Shown here one piece after another: positions 57,256 to 64,000 of a DNA stretch of 64,000 nucleotides. Within the stretch, counting starts at the first letter, position 1. Each line of letters begins with the position of its first letter. Source of the DNA: an uncultured virus (IMG/VR IMGVR_UViG_3300000917_000001) (taxonomy: Duplodnaviria > Heunggongvirae > Uroviricota > Caudoviricetes); IMG/VR virus record IMGVR_UViG_3300000917_000001. One strand, given 5' to 3'. The position numbers were made by a program, and so were the translations under genes. The notes beneath the pieces are model-generated. The model did no database searches, was not told the origin of the DNA, and was given only the letters and a program-made list of their open reading frames with translations.

Positions 57256-57918
57256 TTAAACCCATCTATCAAAGAATGTAATCATCTTTGTTTCAATTAA
57301 TTTATCAAAATAATCAGGAAGGAAACAATGACCGCCAACACATACTAAGCCAGATGGAGATTCAAATAACATTGTTTGCTCAAATTTCATTTCATTAAAG
57401 TCTACAACTGCTGACTTATGGGAAGGAAATGATACAGCATCAAAAGCTATAATTGTTAATGGAGATTTAACAGTTGCATGATTTGGGCCATGATCTAGTT
57501 CTGCCAAACCTCTCATACTAAAACCAACGCCAGTTTTATCTTTTAAAAGTCCAAAAAGGATTCCACCATTTGGAGTGCTTGTAGTTTCCATTTCACCAAT
57601 TAAATGTTTGTTTCTAAATTCATAATCTCTTATTATATGGGATACTTTTTCTAATGATACTGTTGTTTGTCTAATCCCATCAACTTGGTCATTTCCTGTT
57701 GGAATTGGGTGATCTAATTCAGAATAAAAAGCTCTTCGTTTCATTCTTGATTCACAATTTCCCATACCTTCTTGTAATACTGCGCTTGGATATAATCTTT
57801 TATTTTGATTTACTTCATCAACGCTTTGTATTGGGCATCTAAAAATAGCTTTTGTAGGTGAAGATTTTATTATTTCAGCTTCAGAAAAAATGCTACTCTC
57901 AAATATTAACTTACTCAT
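57256..57918 (-). CDS. gp21: Prohead core protease (T4 gp21-like)
   Basis: NQNKRLYP, ELDHP, VSH.I, TPNG, GFSMRG, FDAVSFPS. Confidence 0.92.
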   Translation of the reverse strand: MSKLIFESSIFSEAEIIKSSPTKAIFRCPIQSVDEVNQNKRLYPSAVLQEGMGNCESRMKRRAFYSELDHPIPTGNDQVDGIRQTTVSLEKVSHIIRDYEFRNKHLIGEMETTSTPNGGILFGLLKDKTGVGFSMRGLAELDHGPNHATVKSPLTIIAFDAVSFPSHKSAVVDFNEMKFEQTMLFESPSGLVCVGGHCFLPDYFDKLIETKMITFFDRWV

Positions 57919-58597
57919 TTTTAGACTCCTCTTTTGCTTCATGCGCATAATAATCACGCAATAAAGCATAAGTAATATCAACGAATTTATAAAACATTAC
58001 TATTATTTCATCAATTTGTTCTTTATATTGAGTGAAGTTTATTATTACAAGATCAAATAAATCAATTGCTCTTGATACAATCGTTCGTAGATGAAGCAGT
58101 GCTTCATCAGTAGAGCTTGATAAATATGATTCAATTGAAGTAAGTCTGGAGTAAATCTTTTTCAACTCATATACTCTTCCAATTTCACTAGATGTTAATG
58201 TTTGTTGCCCCATCGTATCCATACCAGGCATAGCACCAAGACCACCTGCCATCGAATTTGGGTCTGTACCTGGTGGCATAGCATTTGGATCTGTACCTGG
58301 AATATTAGGATCTCCAGTTAAATCTCCTCCACCCATTACGTCAACACCTCCAACTTTAGGAACAGCTGTATCTGCTTTTGCTGGATTCTGTTCTTCGATC
58401 TTTTCAGATTCTAAAGTTTTATGTGTAATATATGGCACTGGATCATCAATATTTGGAAAGTCTTGATATGTGTCGTAGGAACTATCTTGTCTTGTTCTAC
58501 CTCCACGAACATCTACATCTTTATCAACGGGAGTATAAAACATGGTTTGCTGGTCAAACAATCTATTAATTTCATGTTTTAACTTTTTATTTTCCAT
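57911..58597 (-). CDS. Hypothetical head-associated protein
   Basis: Between portal and protease; Gly/Met/Pro-rich linker. Confidence 0.7.
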   Translation of the reverse strand: MENKKLKHEINRLFDQQTMFYTPVDKDVDVRGGRTRQDSSYDTYQDFPNIDDPVPYITHKTLESEKIEEQNPAKADTAVPKVGGVDVMGGGDLTGDPNIPGTDPNAMPPGTDPNSMAGGLGAMPGMDTMGQQTLTSSEIGRVYELKKIYSRLTSIESYLSSSTDEALLHLRTIVSRAIDLFDLVIINFTQYKEQIDEIIVMFYKFVDITYALLRDYYAHEAKEESKNE

Positions 58598-58606
58598 ACT
58601 TACTCC

Positions 58607-60574
58607 TTATACTGTAATTCCTCCACCGCCTAAACCACCACCCATTCCACCCAAACCACCTATTCCACCCATTCCCGTTGTTTGTGCTTTTTCTTCAGGA
58701 TCTAATGTTTCATCAATCTTTTGATCTATCTTATACTTTTCTACTTCATTCCAATCAATACTACTTAGATATCTTCGTTTTGCATACTCTCTTGGAATTC
58801 CAATTGATTCAAGAGATTGAATTAATGAAGTAATTTCGCTCATATATCTTGATTCTCTTTCAAATTGTAATGATTTTGGTATTGGAAGAGTAATTAAAAC
58901 GTTATCAAGAATAGTCAAAGCTTCTTCTGGATTGATTATATTAAAAATCTTTTGAAATAACTCATTTAGTTGTCTTGTTAAATATTTTTGATGGCCAATT
59001 ACAGTTCTAGCAAATAAGATATTTTCTTCACTTAAAGCTGCTTTATTTGAAAGGTTTTCTTCAATCCCAATAAAGCTTGGCGGAATACCTAAGCTAGATA
59101 CCAATTGATCTCTAAGAAACTTTAACTCATCTGTTTTACTTCTTAGATCAACTCTACCTTCATCAAACGTACTAATATCAACAAATGGTTTTCCATCCTT
59201 TTGAGGAATATAAACATCTTCAAAAGTTGTTATCATACTTGGAATTGTATCGACAGTTCCAAAACTATCAAGACTAATTTTTCTCTTTCTAAACTCTTCT
59301 TTCATAGCTTCAATAGCTTTTCTTGCATCTCTTGGTAAACCAATTTCAATTGCTACTTTTCGTTTTTCTGTAGATCTTGATAATCTTTGAATTGCAAGTG
59401 CTGTCTCTAAAGCTACTAATACTTTAGCTGTATATTGTGTACTATCAAAAACTGACTCTCCATATGGATAATATTTAGCAGAAGGAACATGAAAATGAAC
59501 CATCTTTTCTGGTGGAACATATCTAATAGCTACAGCTCTATTAAAGTTTGTATTTGATAACATGGATTTAATTATATCTTGCAAATCTCTGTCATTTTTA
59601 AATTCTTTCATCTGAGGTAATTTATTTTCTAAGCTCTTTAATATTGCCATACAAATATTATTAACAGGCTCATCAGCTAATGCTGCTCCAGGAAACAAAA
59701 GAACAGCTGGAAATACTAAGAATCCAAAACAAACTGGGAATAAAGCACTTTGAAGTTTAACTACAAATTGTGGATGATGAAAAATCAACTTTGTATTAGA
59801 AAGTATTTTATTTCCTTTTTTTATTGAGCCACCTTTTTCTTTTTTACTTTTTNGTTCTTGGGTTGTCTCACCAACTTCCATAAGAGAAGAATAGTCAACA
59901 GTAACACTAAATGGATTACCGTCAATATTTTCAGTTATAACATCTCTATATCCTTGCTCTCGTTGATTATCAATAATTACTTCGTATTCTCTTGCTTCTG
60001 TTAACAAACTTCTGCTAGTTAAAACTTCTTTTGGGCCACCAATTTCACAAAATAAATCACCAAATAACAATGTATTCTTAACTAGAACATCTAGTTTATC
60101 ATCTACAGCTAAACTTGATGAAACCTCTTGAACATATCTTGTTTTTGAAGCAGTTGGAGTTTCATCTTCTAAATAAGCTTTTGGTTTAATTTCTAAAGCT
60201 GTTTTAGTAATATCATCAGGAGACAAAATATTATCAACAAGGACATTTAATGCTCTAAATGCCCAGTTTATTTGCGAAATTATTGCTTGATATGTTCTAT
60301 ATCTAAGCATTCTACTACCTTGTCCAAATGCTGCTGGACTAATTCCTTGAGTAAATAAACTACCACCAACTCCAGCTATTTTTACATCTGCTGTTTTTGA
60401 AATAAGACTTCTTACTAGATCAATATATCCATTTCGTCCAGAATTTGCTCGATATGAAATTATATCTTTAACAGCGCTATCTAAACGTGTATCAATATCA
60501 CTAGTTTGTGTTTTTATAATTGTAGATTTTAAACTTTGAAGCGTATCTTTTACACTTTTCAAAGGATCTGCCAT
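58607..60574 (-). CDS. gp20: Portal vertex protein (T4 gp20-like)
   Basis: YGES, LETALAIQRLSRSTEKR, EDVYIP, L.IPPSF, FAR.V...Q; ambiguous base at 59853. Confidence 0.9.
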   Translation of the reverse strand: MADPLKSVKDTLQSLKSTIIKTQTSDIDTRLDSAVKDIISYRANSGRNGYIDLVRSLISKTADVKIAGVGGSLFTQGISPAAFGQGSRMLRYRTYQAIISQINWAFRALNVLVDNILSPDDITKTALEIKPKAYLEDETPTASKTRYVQEVSSSLAVDDKLDVLVKNTLLFGDLFCEIGGPKEVLTSRSLLTEAREYEVIIDNQREQGYRDVITENIDGNPFSVTVDYSSLMEVGETTQEXKSKKEKGGSIKKGNKILSNTKLIFHHPQFVVKLQSALFPVCFGFLVFPAVLLFPGAALADEPVNNICMAILKSLENKLPQMKEFKNDRDLQDIIKSMLSNTNFNRAVAIRYVPPEKMVHFHVPSAKYYPYGESVFDSTQYTAKVLVALETALAIQRLSRSTEKRKVAIEIGLPRDARKAIEAMKEEFRKRKISLDSFGTVDTIPSMITTFEDVYIPQKDGKPFVDISTFDEGRVDLRSKTDELKFLRDQLVSSLGIPPSFIGIEENLSNKAALSEENILFARTVIGHQKYLTRQLNELFQKIFNIINPEEALTILDNVLITLPIPKSLQFERESRYMSEITSLIQSLESIGIPREYAKRRYLSSIDWNEVEKYKIDQKIDETLDPEEKAQTTGMGGIGGLGGMGGGLGGGGITV

Positions 60575-60576
60575 AT

Positions 60577-60816
60577 TTACCTCATAGCTCTGCTTCGAAC
60601 TCTTGGAGTATATTTTCTATGAATTTGGTCTCTATATTTAAAATATTGATCTCTAAAATAAACCATTCGTTTATATAATGGATCATTTTGTTTTCTAGCT
60701 GTTGAACTGGCAAGCTGGCCTGTTGCCTTTTTTATTTTTGTTGCTCTAGTAATTCTAGTTGCCGTAGTTCTTTTTGGAGTTTCTTGTAATTGATCTAAAT
60801 AATCTTGAAGGATCAT
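60577..60816 (-). CDS. Small basic protein (possible internal head protein)
   Basis: YLDQLQE N-terminus, Arg-rich, A..NDPLY. Confidence 0.65.
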   Translation of the reverse strand: MILQDYLDQLQETPKRTTATRITRATKIKKATGQLASSTARKQNDPLYKRMVYFRDQYFKYRDQIHRKYTPRVRSRAMR

Positions 60817-61241
60817 TGTGATTTTTCCTCAATATCTGCTTCTTTTATATTTTCCATAGAAGTTTTTCTTATTTCATCAGACTCATATTTTGTATTAAAA
60901 TAATCTACAAGCTGAAGAAAAAATGTATCTTCACTACCATAAAAATATGAAAACTCTTCTACCAATCTTGTACCTAGAAGTTTAAGAACCAATTTAGTGA
61001 ATTTTGTTGCAACTTTATTAATATCTTCTTCTTTCATTCCATAAGCTTCAACAGAGTAAATCATTATGTCTTCTTTATAAATCATATCATAAGCTTTTTC
61101 CATAAAGTACTTTAGAACTGACTCATAAGCGACAAAATTTTGAATCATACGTTCAATCTTCACTGAATCTTTTTTTCTATATACAATTACTATAGAAGCA
61201 ATAAAAAAAATAAGCCCTAAAGATAAAAAAATAATTTCCAT
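60813..61241 (-). CDS. Membrane-anchored hypothetical protein
   Basis: N-terminal TM helix. Confidence 0.7.
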   Translation of the reverse strand: MEIIFLSLGLIFFIASIVIVYRKKDSVKIERMIQNFVAYESVLKYFMEKAYDMIYKEDIMIYSVEAYGMKEEDINKVATKFTKLVLKLLGTRLVEEFSYFYGSEDTFFLQLVDYFNTKYESDEIRKTSMENIKEADIEEKSQ

Positions 61242-61242
61242 T

Positions 61243-61515
61243 TTATACTATCTCTGTTATAATATCTTCTGGTTCTTCTTTTTCAGATTTATCAAGTTCA
61301 ATTTTCATTTCTTCATTACCAATCTCTTTAACCACAATAGTCTGAATTAAACTTGGTCTAGTAATAGCAACTTCATTTGTAGTTTTTATTATAGTAACGT
61401 TTCCTGATTTCAATAATGTTGCTAAATTATTACAATATTCTTCTAAATCTGTTTCAGAATTATCAGTTAAAGTAAAGTTATTTCGATCTTTCTGTAATAT
61501 TAATATTTTCTTCAT
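61243..61515 (-). CDS. Hypothetical protein
   Basis: GGAG SD, coupled ORF. Confidence 0.65.
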   Translation of the reverse strand: MKKILILQKDRNNFTLTDNSETDLEEYCNNLATLLKSGNVTIIKTTNEVAITRPSLIQTIVVKEIGNEEMKIELDKSEKEEPEDIITEIV

Positions 61516-61819
61516 TGATTTCACTCTCCATATCTATTTCTTCATTTAGAATTTTCTCAAGGAATGTTTTTTCAGAAGTTTTTTCTAATTCAACAATTGT
61601 AGGTTTATTAAAATCAATATAGACGGGTTCTTCAATCTTTTCAGAAGAATTTTCTGAGATTATTTCGATATTAATATTATGTCGCTTTGCTTGTGATTTT
61701 AAAGAATTAAGTTCAGATTCTGTAACTTTTTTAAAGTGAGCAGGAGTTCGTATTGTTCTTCCTCTAAATAGAATCATAAAACTTGGTTCGCGAATGATTG
61801 CCATGTATCTATCTTGCAT
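61478..61819 (-). CDS. Hypothetical protein
   Basis: RTP motif; AAGGGAAG SD. Confidence 0.65.
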   Translation of the reverse strand: MQDRYMAIIREPSFMILFRGRTIRTPAHFKKVTESELNSLKSQAKRHNINIEIISENSSEKIEEPVYIDFNKPTIVELEKTSEKTFLEKILNEEIDMESEINEENINITERSK

Positions 61820-61891
61820 ATTATTCTCTTCCCTTCGTAAGAAAAGGGTTAAGTTGGATTTACTCCAACCTAACCCTTTCTCTTATTTTAG

Positions 61892-63010
61892 TTAGACCCT
61901 AATTCTGCGAGGATCTATTTTTTCTACTTTTACTTTGTCTTCTTTTTCTTCTGGTTCTTCTTCATCCTCAACTTCTTCTCTAAAAAGCTTAAAAGCTTCT
62001 TCTAGATCCCAATCTTCTCCTTTTTTATGAGGTGAAGGACCACCTGGAACAGAACTTGGAACTGCTGCTTCTTTCTTAACTTCTTTGTCAACATCTAACT
62101 CTTTTTCTTCTGGTTCTTCAGCTGGTTCTTCTGCAGCTTCTTGCTCAAAGATGCTAGCAATTAGGTCTCTTGCTTCTTTTAGATCTGGCGGTTCAACTAC
62201 TTTATCATGAATATCTTCTCTATCAGGAATCAATGTATCAGCATCGCCAGTTCCTGCTTGTTCTTCACCACCAGGACCTTCTGTATGCTTCATTGATGCA
62301 CTGTCAAAATCTTTTGAACCACCTTCTTCTTCCATAGAATCTTCAAAATCACCACCATAGAAGTCGTCACCATCAGATTCCATCTCAGAAATTAGTTTTT
62401 CAATGATGGCATTTTCCATTTCAACATCTTCTTTTACTTCTTCCTTTTTTTCTTCTTTATCTTCAGCCTTTTCTTCTTTTTCTGCTGACTCATCCTGTTC
62501 TTTTACTTCTTCTTTTTCGTCTTCTTTTTCGTCTTCTACTTTTTCTGGTTCTTCATCTTGTTCTGTTAAAACGTCTAGAAGATGTCTTAAAACAGCAGCC
62601 TCTCCTACTTCTTCTTCTTTTTCATCTTCTTTTTCATCTTCTACTTTTTCTTCTTCTTCTTTTACAATATCCTTTTCTTTTTCGTCTTTTGCACCCTCGA
62701 TAGTTTTTGAGTCAGCTGTTCCTGCTTGTTCTTCACCACCAGGACCCTCTGTATGTTTCATAGCTGCGCTATCACCAACTTTTCCGGTATCGATCTCATA
62801 ATCAGCTTCTTCGATACCTTGTTCTCTTCCCTCATCAAAGTAGTATCTTTCAAGAATGCTTGCTGCATCCTTGTTAGTTGGTAGTTCACCATCTCCTTTA
62901 TATGAGAGAATTGGATCAAGCATTGGACCTTTTACATCGACCGTTTTGCTTGTATCCCACTCGCTTATAGCTTCTTTCAACATCTTTACATATGACACTT
63001 TTTTAGACAT
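61892..63010 (-). CDS. Highly acidic prohead core / scaffolding-like protein
   Basis: Glu-rich; duplicated MKHTEGPGGEEQAGT; many (L/I)xE sites. Confidence 0.7.
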   Translation of the reverse strand: MSKKVSYVKMLKEAISEWDTSKTVDVKGPMLDPILSYKGDGELPTNKDAASILERYYFDEGREQGIEEADYEIDTGKVGDSAAMKHTEGPGGEEQAGTADSKTIEGAKDEKEKDIVKEEEEKVEDEKEDEKEEEVGEAAVLRHLLDVLTEQDEEPEKVEDEKEDEKEEVKEQDESAEKEEKAEDKEEKKEEVKEDVEMENAIIEKLISEMESDGDDFYGGDFEDSMEEEGGSKDFDSASMKHTEGPGGEEQAGTGDADTLIPDREDIHDKVVEPPDLKEARDLIASIFEQEAAEEPAEEPEEKELDVDKEVKKEAAVPSSVPGGPSPHKKGEDWDLEEAFKLFREEVEDEEEPEEKEDKVKVEKIDPRRIRV

Positions 63011-63104
63011 ATATTATTCCTCCTAAATTAATAAGAATAACAATTCAATTTTTAAATTTTGTATTTGTTCTGGGTTTTTTTCTAATTATGAGACAGTTTG
63101 TTTC

Positions 63105-64000
63105 TTATAAAACATCAACTCCCTCAAATGATAGAGACGATTTTTGAGTTGCATCTGGTTTCTTTGCATTGGCTCTTGCTTGAATACTAATAAATTTAAA
63201 TCTAGAGAAATCAACTGTAAAACTTAAAGAAACATTATTTTTACCACTTCTATTCTTTCCAATTTTTCCATGAACAACTCCAGCTTCATTTTTATCTGCA
63301 GCAAGAAGCATTACAAAATCAGCATGTTCAATTTTCTTAATTGATTCACTCATCATATCAACACCAATTTCGTCAGGACTAGTTACTCTATAAGCTCCAC
63401 GACCTAGTTGAGATGCTGTTATAACTGGAATATTATATTGAACAGCTAAAGTTTTTAATGAAAGAGTAATATGACCTAGTTCTAATCTATACATATCATA
63501 TTTAATATCCGTTTTAAGCAAATCTAAGTAATCAATATAAAGACCAGCAATTGAATCTTTGCCATATTGTTCAATCATATCATCAACAACACCTGCCAAA
63601 TCTAAAACACTAATACTCATCGGAGCAAAATATTTCATTACAATTGTTGATCCATTCTTTACTAATTCATCGTATAATCTTTTCTTAATATCAATTCCAT
63701 GAGTAATATCATCTAACATCATAGTTGTTGACTTATCAAACATCGGTTGATATGTTCTCATTAAAGCTTCTTCAATAGTATTTTCCAACGTTACATAAAT
63801 ATATACTCTATTTATCTCACCTTGTTTTGGCGCTTTCTTATCAAATAAATTTGGAGGTAAAATTGAAGATCTTGATATTACATTATTAATGATTGTAGAT
63901 TTTCCAGCCCCAGACCCACCACCAAAAATATATAATCTTGACGGTTCGAATCCACCATGCATAATTTCGTTATCTAATAAACTAAAACCAGTTGGAGTTG
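63105..64000 (-). CDS. gp41: Replicative DnaB/T4 gp41-like helicase (5' part lies outside the window)
   Basis: PTGF..LD...GG, GSGAGKS, TLE, IDYLDLL, TASQLGR, ESI...ADF, KNRSG; frame open to the window end. Confidence 0.9.
   Translation of the reverse strand, partial: TPTGFSLLDNEIMHGGFEPSRLYIFGGGSGAGKSTIINNVISRSSILPPNLFDKKAPKQGEINRVYIYVTLENTIEEALMRTYQPMFDKSTTMMLDDITHGIDIKKRLYDELVKNGSTIVMKYFAPMSISVLDLAGVVDDMIEQYGKDSIAGLYIDYLDLLKTDIKYDMYRLELGHITLSLKTLAVQYNIPVITASQLGRGAYRVTSPDEIGVDMMSESIKKIEHADFVMLLAADKNEAGVVHGKIGKNRSGKNNVSLSFTVDFSRFKFISIQARANAKKPDATQKSSLSFEGVDVL

Noticed and set aside
48710..59853. Ambiguous N bases at 48710 and 59853
   Set aside because: Assembly ambiguities; the reading frames are preserved, so these are not pseudogenes.
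12707..62801. Many opposite-strand ORFs (e.g. 12817, 13755, 16864, 18860, 27447, 27961, 40473, 55416, 62403)
   Set aside because: Antisense shadows of well-supported genes, with Ser/Phe/Ile-rich mirror composition.
1..64000. Stop-codon reassignment (genetic code 15 or 4)
   Set aside because: Conserved genes are full length in code 11, and TAG and TGA end coupled genes cleanly; one TAG-interrupted frame near 4025-4177 is not enough evidence.
1..64000. tRNA, tmRNA, rRNA, integrase, transposase, introns or inteins
   Set aside because: No recognisable cloverleaf, catalytic motif or gene interruption found by eye.

Overview
AT-rich 64 kb segment of a large T4-like (jumbo) tailed phage. At the right end are the head genes (gp23-like major capsid, gp21-like prohead protease, gp20-like portal, acidic scaffold) and a DnaB/gp41-like helicase cut by the window edge. 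From 1 to 19 kb is an accessory region of very small genes. It holds about 27 paralogous Cys-rich mini-proteins (core PCxxC-x5-C, often followed by x3-C), short cassettes that each start with a conserved (C/G)TATATATATTAAT motif and end in a hairpin terminator, an unannotated RMF-like peptide, and a PxxKW-type protein that hints at a Desulfobacterota host. From 19.3 to 42 kb is one minus-strand block in which tail-fibre-like and Cys-rich virion-like genes are followed by a large tailoring cluster: 7 radical SAM genes (8 domains, one B12-type), 2 sulfotransferase-like genes, a GT2, 3 GT-B-like proteins, a deacetylase, a methyltransferase and a P-loop kinase. From 43 to 53 kb is a plus-strand SPFH / nicotinamidase / vWA / PP2C / kinase (TerY-P-like) module. 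At least two, possibly three, highly structured non-coding RNAs lie in ORF-free stretches (10159-10453, 53293-53518, 2060-2564). I recognised no tRNA, rRNA, CRISPR array, integrase or transposase. All calls come from reading motifs by eye; no database searches were run.
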